Below are positions 36,755 to 45,374 of a stretch of 64,000 bases of DNA, piece by piece. The stretch spans positions 94,743 through 158,742 of the forward strand of contig CACWOZ010000002.1 in the NCBI GenBank assembly GCA_902762655.1, read 5' to 3'. The DNA is from an uncultured Bacteroidia bacterium. Its GTDB lineage: Bacteria; Bacteroidota; Bacteroidia; Bacteroidales; UBA932. Each line of letters opens with the position of its first letter. Position 1 is the first letter of the stretch. The translations under genes were made by a program, and so were the position numbers. Below the pieces are notes generated by a model. That model did no database searches, was not told the origin of the DNA, and saw nothing but the letters and a program-made list of their open reading frames with translations.

Positions 36755-39348
36755 ATACTATGAGAAGAATTGCTATTTCGCTCTGCGTTACGGCGTTGGC
36801 AGTGCTCGCCGGTTGCAACAGCAATAAAACGACAACGGTCGGAGTCCGCACGGACGCCCTTGACGATTCGGCCTGGGATTGCTCCCAGTGGATTTCCGCT
36901 GCAGATGCTCAGGTAATTGTAGGAAAGGTTCGCACCAACGACAATAACCGTGCAGCCGACGGTGCGAGTTGGTTTGTATCCGAGCCCATTAACGGCAAGC
37001 AGGTGAAATCTGCCAAATGGATGACTGCCGGCCTTGGCGTTTTCCAGTTATTCGTCAACGGGAAGCCGGTTGGAGAAGAGTACCTCAAACCTGGTTTTAC
37101 ACACTATGCCAAGACAAAGTATTCATTTACATACGATGTCACCGAGGCCTTCGACTGCAAGGCAGGTGCCGCCAATCAACTCGCGGTCCAGTCCACTCCC
37201 GGCTGGTGGGGAGACAAGATCGTGACACCCAGCGGGCATGAAGGAATGATAGGCCGCAAGACCGCCTTCCGTGGAGTCCTTGAACTCAAGTATGCAGATG
37301 GTTCAGTAGAACTGTTCGGCACGGACACGGAACATTGGAAGGCCGGTATCGCAGGCCCTGTGACCCATGCGGCAATCTTCGACGGTGAAGAATATGACGC
37401 AGGCATACTCCTAGGATATGCGACTCCTGAAAAACTCGGGACTCCGGAAATCAACAATGAGTTCCCCGGAAGCATCTTCCCGTCAGCGGGTGCTGAGGTA
37501 TATCTCCGCAAGGACCTCGCGTTGAAACCCGTAGTCGCCTATGTTTGGGAAGATGTTGAAGGCGCGGGTGAAGAAGAGGCCGGAAAAGTAGTGGTCAAGA
37601 AGAATTATAAGGCTGGCCAGACCATTACCCTCAATCCCGGCGAGACTCTTGTGGTGGACTTCGGCCAGAATGCAGCTGCGATTCCTTCTTTCAAGTTCAA
37701 AGCAGATGAGGGAACGGTTCTGACCTGCCTTGTGGCAGAACTGCTCAACGATGGCAACGGGGCAAAGAGCCGTGGCATGGATGGCCCCGAAGGCAGTATC
37801 CACCGCACCAATCTGCGCGTGCCGGATGTAGGTTTCAAGACAGTATACACTTTCGGTCCGGCAAAGGGCTATGTCGATTACCAGCCCAGTTGCACATTCT
37901 TCGGATATCGCTTCGTTTCCATCACTGCAACCGGAAAAGTAAAGATCAGGAGCATAGAATCCGTGCCCGTCACGTCTATCGCCAGGGATTTGGAAACCGG
38001 TACCGTCAAAACAGGGAACGACCTGATCAACAAACTGATTTCCAATACCATATGGGGTCAGCGTTCCAACTATCTCTCGGTCTCTACCGACTGCCCTCAG
38101 CGCAACGAGCGTCTGGGCTGGACGGCAGACACCCAGGTGTTCACCGAGACGGGAACCTTCTTTGCCAACACCGATGCCTTTTTCCACAAGTGGATGCGTG
38201 ATATGCGCGATTCCCAAAGCGAGACAGGCGCATTCCCCGGAGTAGCTCCTACCGCACAATATGGCAACAATATGATGCGACTCGGATGGGCGGATGCCGG
38301 AATCATAGTACCATGGACCGTTTGGAAGCAGTTTGGCGACACCTCCATCATAGAGGAGAACTGGGATGCCATGTCCAAGTTCTTCAACCACATTACCGAA
38401 ACCAAGTACGACCATACCGCCCTGGCTGCCGAGAACGGCAATTATCAGTGGGCTGACTGGCTGAGTTTCGAGCCTCTGGAGAGCAACGGTGGCGGTGCAT
38501 TCGTCCCCGGTGCGCCTTCAAGGACCCCGAGGCCTGAATCAATCGTTTACTGGAATTATCTTTGCGGTTGTTACTGGGTCATAGATGCTGAAATGATGCG
38601 AGATATGGCGGGCGCTACCGGAAGGGACGCGACCCCTTTCCAAGCCATTGCAGATGAAGCCAAGACCTATCTTAAGGAGCAGTTCCTGAATGCTGACGGA
38701 TCCTTCAAACTGGATATCCTTAACACCATGCAGACCCCGGCGCTCTTTGCGCTGAAGACAGGTATAGTCGAGGGTGAGGCGAAAGAGGCTACCGTAGCGC
38801 GTCTCCGCCAGAATTTCGCAGATCATGGCAATTGCCTTCAGACCGGCTTCCTTGGAACTTCCATCCTGATGGCAACTCTCACCGAAAACGGCATGGTGGA
38901 TATCGCCTATGAACTTCTCTTCCAGCGCAAGAATCCCAGCTGGCTCTATTCCGTAGACAACGGGGCTACCACCATTTGGGAACGTTGGAATAGTTATACT
39001 CTCGAGAACGGCATGGGCCCCAAGGGCATGAACAGTTTCAACCACTATGCCTACGGCTGTGTCTGCGAGTGGATTTGGGAGACGGTAGCCGGAATTGCAT
39101 CCGATCCCTCAAACCCCGGATTCAAGCATATCATTATGAAACCGATTCCCGACAAGCGTCTGGGACATGTCGAGGCTGAATACAAGTCGGCATCCGGCAT
39201 CATCAAAAGCGCGTGGAAGTTTGATGGAGACGTCTGGAACTGGACTGTTACCATCCCCGAAGGAACCGTTGCCACCATTACCTTGCCTGGTGAAGACAAT
39301 GCGGTGGATTACGATGGAGGCACATACAGTTTTACCAGGCAGATATAA
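36751..39348 (+). CDS. GH78 alpha-L-rhamnosidase (lipoprotein signal)
   Basis: VVDFGQN, STDCPQRNERLGWTADTQVF, TTIWERWN, MNSFNHYAYG. Confidence 0.95.
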   Translation: MNTMRRIAISLCVTALAVLAGCNSNKTTTVGVRTDALDDSAWDCSQWISAADAQVIVGKVRTNDNNRAADGASWFVSEPINGKQVKSAKWMTAGLGVFQLFVNGKPVGEEYLKPGFTHYAKTKYSFTYDVTEAFDCKAGAANQLAVQSTPGWWGDKIVTPSGHEGMIGRKTAFRGVLELKYADGSVELFGTDTEHWKAGIAGPVTHAAIFDGEEYDAGILLGYATPEKLGTPEINNEFPGSIFPSAGAEVYLRKDLALKPVVAYVWEDVEGAGEEEAGKVVVKKNYKAGQTITLNPGETLVVDFGQNAAAIPSFKFKADEGTVLTCLVAELLNDGNGAKSRGMDGPEGSIHRTNLRVPDVGFKTVYTFGPAKGYVDYQPSCTFFGYRFVSITATGKVKIRSIESVPVTSIARDLETGTVKTGNDLINKLISNTIWGQRSNYLSVSTDCPQRNERLGWTADTQVFTETGTFFANTDAFFHKWMRDMRDSQSETGAFPGVAPTAQYGNNMMRLGWADAGIIVPWTVWKQFGDTSIIEENWDAMSKFFNHITETKYDHTALAAENGNYQWADWLSFEPLESNGGGAFVPGAPSRTPRPESIVYWNYLCGCYWVIDAEMMRDMAGATGRDATPFQAIADEAKTYLKEQFLNADGSFKLDILNTMQTPALFALKTGIVEGEAKEATVARLRQNFADHGNCLQTGFLGTSILMATLTENGMVDIAYELLFQRKNPSWLYSVDNGATTIWERWNSYTLENGMGPKGMNSFNHYAYGCVCEWIWETVAGIASDPSNPGFKHIIMKPIPDKRLGHVEAEYKSASGIIKSAWKFDGDVWNWTVTIPEGTVATITLPGEDNAVDYDGGTYSFTRQI

Positions 39349-40529
39349 TGAAGAAGATACTTCCTATACTGGTTCTGCTTGCCTTTGCTGCCTGCAGTCC
39401 CAAGAATCCGGACTACTATGTCTGCGCTTACGTATGGCCATCCTGCCACGATGATTCCCTCGCACACAAATGGCTCTGGGCCGATGGCGAAGGGGAGTGG
39501 GAGGTAATCAAACAGGGGGATCCCCGCTTCGAAGGTCATTACCAGCCCAAGCAGCCTTTGTGGGGATATGAACTCGACGATGACCCGCAGGTGGTGGAGA
39601 AATGGATCAAGACTGCACTGAAATATGGCGTAAACACCTTCATCTACGACTGGTACTGGTATAATTCTCCGGATGGCTGGAGCGGTCCCTATCTGGAGGA
39701 TGCCCTGGACAAGGGCTTCCTCGGGGCACCATCGAACCGCAAGATGAATTTCTACATCATGTACGCCAACCACGATGTGAAGTACAGTTACTGGAACTGG
39801 CACAAGTGGGGTGCGGATGCAGATTCCCTGCTGTTCAACCCTCGCATCGGCATGGTTGACTGGAAGAAGGTCGTTGACCGTGTCATCACGCAGTATTTCC
39901 ATCTTCCGAACTATGTGAAGATAGATGGCTGTCCTGTGTTCGCAATGTTCAATGCGGATATCTTCAAACAGGGTTTCTCCTGTCCGGAGGAGGCGGCAGA
40001 GGCCATGCAGTACTTCAGGGATGAAGTGTGCAAGGCGGGTTTCCCCGGCCTGCATCTGCAACTTACCCCCGGCGGAGGCAGCGACCCGAGTGAGAAGAGG
40101 CAAGCCAAGATGAAGGATAATATCGAACTGCTTGGTATCAACAGCATCGCCTTCTACAATATGGGAGGCTTTGACTGCGACTATGAGCAGCATAACGAGA
40201 ACGCCGTGCGGATGCGTAACGCCACCGATGCCGCCTACGACATTCCTCTTTTCCCTACGGTGTCGATAGGCTGGGACGATACTCCGCGCTTCCCACGCAA
40301 GGGTGAGAAGCACGTTACCCGTTTCAACCAATCTCCGGAGGTGTTTGCAAAGTATCTGCAGATTGCGAAGGAGTATGCTGACAGCCACCGCGACACCCAG
40401 CCTCCGTTCATAATGATCAATGCCTGGAACGAGTGGGTGGAAGGCAGTTATCTGCTTCCGGACAAGGTAAATGGTTTCGGGTATCTTGAAGCCGTGCATG
40501 ATGTTTTACATGGTAAATACGAAAATTGA
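39348..40529 (+). CDS. GH99-like / WbsX family glycoside hydrolase lipoprotein
   Basis: AYVWP, QPKQPLWGY, FIYDWYW, MYANHD, IGWDDTPR, INAWNEWVEGSYLLPD. Confidence 0.85.
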   Translation: MKKILPILVLLAFAACSPKNPDYYVCAYVWPSCHDDSLAHKWLWADGEGEWEVIKQGDPRFEGHYQPKQPLWGYELDDDPQVVEKWIKTALKYGVNTFIYDWYWYNSPDGWSGPYLEDALDKGFLGAPSNRKMNFYIMYANHDVKYSYWNWHKWGADADSLLFNPRIGMVDWKKVVDRVITQYFHLPNYVKIDGCPVFAMFNADIFKQGFSCPEEAAEAMQYFRDEVCKAGFPGLHLQLTPGGGSDPSEKRQAKMKDNIELLGINSIAFYNMGGFDCDYEQHNENAVRMRNATDAAYDIPLFPTVSIGWDDTPRFPRKGEKHVTRFNQSPEVFAKYLQIAKEYADSHRDTQPPFIMINAWNEWVEGSYLLPDKVNGFGYLEAVHDVLHGKYEN

Positions 40530-40530
40530 T

Positions 40531-41457
40531 ATGGACAGAAGGAATTTCTTGAAGACTATGGGAGCCGCTACGGCTGCGGCTGCCGTCAGCGAGGTTGGCT
40601 TGCAGGCAAACACTGCTGATAAAGACAAAAAGAAGGCCGCAAAAAAGGAGAGCGGGCTCCGTGTGCGTTTCCTGGGCACCGGTGCCGCCGATTGGAAGGG
40701 GCCGGACGACCGCGGGGAGCATCGCCGCCTTTCCAGCGTATTGCTGGACAATCGCATCCTCATTGATTTCACACCTACGGATGCGGATATGCTTCCGGAA
40801 GGCTGCAAGCCCGAGTGCATCTTCTATACCCACTCCCACGGCGACCATTATAATCCCGAGGCTCTATTGAAACTCGGCGTTCCCGTAGCCCATCTTGGCA
40901 AGACATGGATCAGCCGTGCCTGGAAGAATTTTACCGATGCATCTGCAAAAACCGGTTTGCCAGTCCCCGAACTCATTCCGCTGTCGATAGGGGAGACCAT
41001 CGTGAGCGGAGATATACGCATAACCGCTCTTCCTGCCAATCATGCCATAAACGATACCGAACAGGCCCTCATCTATTTGATAGAAAAGGGACCCACGCGT
41101 GTTATCTATGCTACTGATACCGGAGGAATTATGGGCGTTGCGGCACGTATAGTAGGAATCGATCCCCATGTCAAACCCGGCAATCCCATCCACGGCCTTA
41201 TCATGGAGGCAACGATGGGTATGGGAGCGAAAGGGGATGAGGATTTCCGTATCTTTACCCATTCCAGCGTGAATACCGTGTATCACACGGCCAAGATGCT
41301 TCTCAAGCGCGGACGGCTTGTAATGAAGGAAGGCCAAAGTGTCTATCTTACCCACATGGCGCGTACCCTTCAACCTACCCAGGCCGAACTTGACGCTACG
41401 CTCCCCGCTCCACTTAAGGCTGCCTATGACGGTCTGGAAGTAGTGTTTGAGGCATAA
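40531..41457 (+). CDS. Tat-exported MBL-fold hydrolase, PhnP-like phosphodiesterase candidate
   Basis: MDRRNFLK twin-arginine motif; FLGTGAA, THSHGDH, PANH, YATDT, THM. Confidence 0.75.
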   Translation: MDRRNFLKTMGAATAAAAVSEVGLQANTADKDKKKAAKKESGLRVRFLGTGAADWKGPDDRGEHRRLSSVLLDNRILIDFTPTDADMLPEGCKPECIFYTHSHGDHYNPEALLKLGVPVAHLGKTWISRAWKNFTDASAKTGLPVPELIPLSIGETIVSGDIRITALPANHAINDTEQALIYLIEKGPTRVIYATDTGGIMGVAARIVGIDPHVKPGNPIHGLIMEATMGMGAKGDEDFRIFTHSSVNTVYHTAKMLLKRGRLVMKEGQSVYLTHMARTLQPTQAELDATLPAPLKAAYDGLEVVFEA

Positions 41458-43500
41458 ATGAAGAGGACTGTCATCATAGCCTCTTTTTTCGCATGTCTCT
41501 TTGGGGCGTGCTGCCCGTCCGTAGATTTCTCGGTATATACTGTTCCGGAAAGCGACAGCCTGGAGACCTCTTGTGACGCGGTAAGGAATGGAGACGTTTG
41601 GGAGATAGAAGTAAGAGTCTGCAATAACACTGCCGAAACTCAGTCATTCAAACTTGCCCTTGCCGCCGAGCCTGGTTTCAAGGCAGATTCCTGGCTTATC
41701 CCGGGGGTGAACTACGATGGCAATCCTTATGGGGAGAATATGCCCCAGGGATGGGAGAAAGACGGTCAGCCGTGGGTTTTTGCCTACGATCGATCCTCCA
41801 TCCCGTCCTGTACAATCTCGGAGAATGCCTCCCGGGTGTTCGCCCTGTTCGCATCGGATGCTGATACGGCCTCATACGTGAGCGCTTGCTCTATGGAAAA
41901 ACTCTCCGACGGGTCTTTCAGGCACATCATATACTGGCCGGACAGCGAAGGCCCTGTCTGCTATTCCGGGAAGAAAAGTTTCACGGGAAGGTATGATAAT
42001 TTCATTACCCTGCAGTCCGGGGAATCGTTCAAAGTCAAAGCCTTTGCCTGTACCGGCAAGCCGGAATGGAGGAACTACGGTTTTGCGGAAGTCTTTCCTG
42101 TGGCGTGGAAACATCTCCGCCACGATACCCCTTCCAGACGCAGTATGACCGAGGTTGTACGTCTGGACAAGGCTTTCCAGGACTGGAGCCGCCGTCAGGA
42201 TGAACACGGATACTGGTACGGGGGCATAGTAGACGATCAGGTGTTCTGCGCAGGGTATTACGAGAGCGGCAAGTCTTCCGACGGATTCACCGTGGCGGAC
42301 TACGATGCCAATCCTTCCCTCAACCGTTGGGCGACTGATGAGATTGAGCAGTCTAAACATCTTGCTCCAGGAGAATATGTCCATGGGGCTGGACGCAGCA
42401 TAGGTTTCGGAGCGCAGTCTTTCCAGATGGCGCGGCTTTCCATTGAGAACGGCCTTCGGAACGGGGTTCAGGAGGATGTTGATTTCGGGCTTGCCGTTTT
42501 TCGCAGCTGGAACCGGGAGAGACGCTTCGCCAGCGGACTATACAACAGTCATAAACCGCGTGCAGGCTATGTGATAAATGCCTCCAATGTTGGATGGGCC
42601 ATCAGTGAACTATCCCGCACTTCCGCCCTATTGAAAGAATATGGCAGAGAGGAGCAAGCGGAGGAATTCCGGCAGGCGGCATCCTTGACAGTAAAGACAG
42701 TTCTTGACGGTGTGCAGGACGACGGCTGCATTGGTTCGCTGTGGAATGCTGGAAGCGGCGAGGTCGCCGGTCGGGGAGGGGACAGCGCCGGCTATGTCCT
42801 GATGGGCCTGGTGCGCTGGTGGCAGCTGGTTCGGGACGATTCCCTGCTTCCGCTTTTCAAGAACGCATTCGCGTATTATTACAGCAAGGACATTGATTTT
42901 TTCCGCTGCAGTGGGGGAGCCATGGATTGCGTCAGCGTGGACAGGGAGGGAATTCATCCATTCCTCACCACCGCCATGGCTTTGTACCGCGAAACAGGAG
43001 AAAAGGAGTATCTGGAATATGCCCATAAGGCTGCCTGGTATTTCCTGTCCTGGTTATATATCCATAATCCTGTCTATGGTCCGGATACCGATTTCGCAAA
43101 GTATGACTGGAAACCTGCAGGTGCGACAATCGTTGGCGCCGAGCACCCAGCTCTAGATGAATATGCCTGCGTGCTCATACCTGAATTCATAGAGTTGGCA
43201 AGGATAGACGGCAATCCTATGTGGCGGGATGTCGCTGCACTGATCTGGCGCTACTCTACACAAGGCTTTGCTGATGAGCATAATCGCATCTGGCACGGTC
43301 TGGAAAGGCCCGTCGGCTCCAAGAACGAGGCAATCTTTCCCGCCCGCTGGAGCAAGTATCATCTGGCGGACAAGGCCCGCGGAAGCATTAACGACCACCT
43401 GACAGCATGGGGCGGAACTTATCGTCTTGCAGCTCTGCTGGAACTGCAGGACGAAGACCTCCGTTGGCTGGAGAATGCCGTGAGGCCGGCAGAGGAATAA
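41458..43500 (+). CDS. Hypothetical lipoprotein, probable (alpha/alpha)6 glycosidase-like fold
   Basis: Long ORF in the operon with signal and Cys; repeated aromatic helical segments (GWAISEL, GYVLMGL, AAWYFLSW). Family not recognised. Confidence 0.55.
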   Translation: MKRTVIIASFFACLFGACCPSVDFSVYTVPESDSLETSCDAVRNGDVWEIEVRVCNNTAETQSFKLALAAEPGFKADSWLIPGVNYDGNPYGENMPQGWEKDGQPWVFAYDRSSIPSCTISENASRVFALFASDADTASYVSACSMEKLSDGSFRHIIYWPDSEGPVCYSGKKSFTGRYDNFITLQSGESFKVKAFACTGKPEWRNYGFAEVFPVAWKHLRHDTPSRRSMTEVVRLDKAFQDWSRRQDEHGYWYGGIVDDQVFCAGYYESGKSSDGFTVADYDANPSLNRWATDEIEQSKHLAPGEYVHGAGRSIGFGAQSFQMARLSIENGLRNGVQEDVDFGLAVFRSWNRERRFASGLYNSHKPRAGYVINASNVGWAISELSRTSALLKEYGREEQAEEFRQAASLTVKTVLDGVQDDGCIGSLWNAGSGEVAGRGGDSAGYVLMGLVRWWQLVRDDSLLPLFKNAFAYYYSKDIDFFRCSGGAMDCVSVDREGIHPFLTTAMALYRETGEKEYLEYAHKAAWYFLSWLYIHNPVYGPDTDFAKYDWKPAGATIVGAEHPALDEYACVLIPEFIELARIDGNPMWRDVAALIWRYSTQGFADEHNRIWHGLERPVGSKNEAIFPARWSKYHLADKARGSINDHLTAWGGTYRLAALLELQDEDLRWLENAVRPAEE

Positions 43501-43503
43501 CTG

Positions 43504-45309
43504 CTAGTTTATTCCGTATTTCTTAAGTATTTTCAGGACAGGCTTCTTCACCGATTCCATCCAGAGACGGTAGCCGTGGTCGGAGGGGTGGATTCCGTCA
43601 ACGGTCGCGGCATAGTCCGGACTGGTGGCATTGGGATGGATGAAATAAACATCCTTGTACTTCTTGCATGCTTCGGTCATCATTTTTTCGGCCGTGTCTA
43701 TTTTTTCCTGTTCGGATTTCTGATAGCCGGTGTTGTAGTTGCGGCCCTCGCGGTAGATGGTTTGCATGAAGATAAGCGGGACTCCGGGATGTGCTGTCTG
43801 GAACTTCTCGATGAAGGGGAAAAGCCTCTCCTTGATTTCTTTAGGAGTTGGATTGGAGAAAGCATCAAAGATGTATGCCTCGCAGTTTGCCGCAACCATC
43901 ACATCGGCAAAGTAATCCTGCAGGCGGCAGTTGCCTCCGCAGCCGAGGCTTAGCATTTCCAATCCGGTCTCGCGGGCTAACTGGGCAATCCATGTCATGC
44001 CTCCGCGTGATGTGTTGGATCCTTGTGTGTAACTCGATCCGAAAACCCCTATGCGGTGGCGGAAGGGATTCTCAACAGCCGAAATGGTGCAGCCTTCCTT
44101 TATTCCGATTTTCACCGAACGGACTTCGCAATAGGTAGGAAGATAAAGCAAGAACTCTTTGGGGTCGCCCTTCATGTTGCCGACGATTGTAAATGGATCA
44201 GCCTTTTCTGCCTTTTCACAGACGCCTGCACCGGCATATATCCACTTGCCGCCCTCGTGAACATAGAGGTCATATCCCCATGCCGAAATATGACTGGTGC
44301 GTTCCTGGGGTGTTTTCTGGCCGTAAACAGTCATCAGGGAGATGGAAGGGGAGTCGGTGCTGAATGCGACTGCTATGCCCGAAGAACTGCGGACCTGGAA
44401 GTTCTCGCCACGGGTGAAACCATGAAAGCGGGCGGTGTCCACTCTGTGGTAGGGATTTGGCACGTCATGGAATAGTTTCCCTGTAAGAGTGAACTCCGAA
44501 GCTTCATGATAAATGTAGCCTTTTCCAGGTACACCTTTCTTTCTGTCGACATGCTTCTTCAACACCTCGGGATGGTCGGTGCTGACATATGTAATATGGT
44601 GCTGGTCAGCCCACTCGTACAGATCGGGATTGTTGACGATCCACAGCGTGGTCTCAACTCCAAGTTTGTGGCACTTTTCAGCGAGTCCGGGATTGTTGAG
44701 GAAGCCGTCCAGATTATATGAAAGTCCCTTGTAACCCTTGCTTCTGGCCCATTCGGGTGTGGGAACATGCATCCCTCCTGCAATGAACAGCACCTTTGCG
44801 GAAGGATCGATGCGCAGAACTTCGTCGCAGATTGGTTCTTCGAAAGATGTGTAGTCAACCTGTGCCGTCATTCCGCATTTCTGAACAACCTTCATACTCT
44901 CTGCGGTGATGAGCATGTCCAGGTCTCTATTCTCCTGACGCTTGATTTCCATGATCAACTTGAGATCAGGAGTCTTTCGTGCCTGGGCGAACCACTCTTC
45001 GAGAGTAGGCATCTGATGACCTCCCGGAAGGACCACGGCGCGGGCTTCATCAAAGGTCATATTATGGATATTGCGGGACTTGTCACCCGGCATGGAAGGA
45101 CCGTGGAACACCAGTATCTTCTTATCGGAAGTTAACTGGATGTCGAATTCTACGGATTCGATACCTGTGTCTTGTGCAAATCTCAGAGATGCAAGAGTGT
45201 TTTCAAATGGACCTTCGATGCGGCATCCGCGATGACCTGTGATTTTGGGCTGTGCCAGGCAGACGATACTGACGAGTGTCAGAAGAAGAAATGCTGTTAT
45301 CTTTTTCAT
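43504..45309 (-). CDS. Glycerophosphodiester phosphodiesterase (GDPD) fused to GxDLY/SGNH hydrolase
   Basis: N-terminus GHRG, ENTLAS, EFDIQLTSDK, MPTLEE, MEIK; C-terminus GYDLY, FGSSYTQG, DGIHP. Confidence 0.9.
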   Translation of the reverse strand: MKKITAFLLLTLVSIVCLAQPKITGHRGCRIEGPFENTLASLRFAQDTGIESVEFDIQLTSDKKILVFHGPSMPGDKSRNIHNMTFDEARAVVLPGGHQMPTLEEWFAQARKTPDLKLIMEIKRQENRDLDMLITAESMKVVQKCGMTAQVDYTSFEEPICDEVLRIDPSAKVLFIAGGMHVPTPEWARSKGYKGLSYNLDGFLNNPGLAEKCHKLGVETTLWIVNNPDLYEWADQHHITYVSTDHPEVLKKHVDRKKGVPGKGYIYHEASEFTLTGKLFHDVPNPYHRVDTARFHGFTRGENFQVRSSSGIAVAFSTDSPSISLMTVYGQKTPQERTSHISAWGYDLYVHEGGKWIYAGAGVCEKAEKADPFTIVGNMKGDPKEFLLYLPTYCEVRSVKIGIKEGCTISAVENPFRHRIGVFGSSYTQGSNTSRGGMTWIAQLARETGLEMLSLGCGGNCRLQDYFADVMVAANCEAYIFDAFSNPTPKEIKERLFPFIEKFQTAHPGVPLIFMQTIYREGRNYNTGYQKSEQEKIDTAEKMMTEACKKYKDVYFIHPNATSPDYAATVDGIHPSDHGYRLWMESVKKPVLKILKKYGIN

Positions 45310-45337
45310 ATTTTCATATTTGAAACATACAAAGATA
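45308..45337 (-). promoter_or_regulatory. GDPD promoter (-7 TATCTTTG) followed by candidate operator TTTCA-AATA-TGAAA
   Basis: 18 nt (45308-45325, reverse complement) are identical to 14027-14044 and overlap the start codon. Confidence 0.62.
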
Positions 45338-45374
45338 AGAAATAATGGTTAAATTTACTGAATAAAAGTATTCG

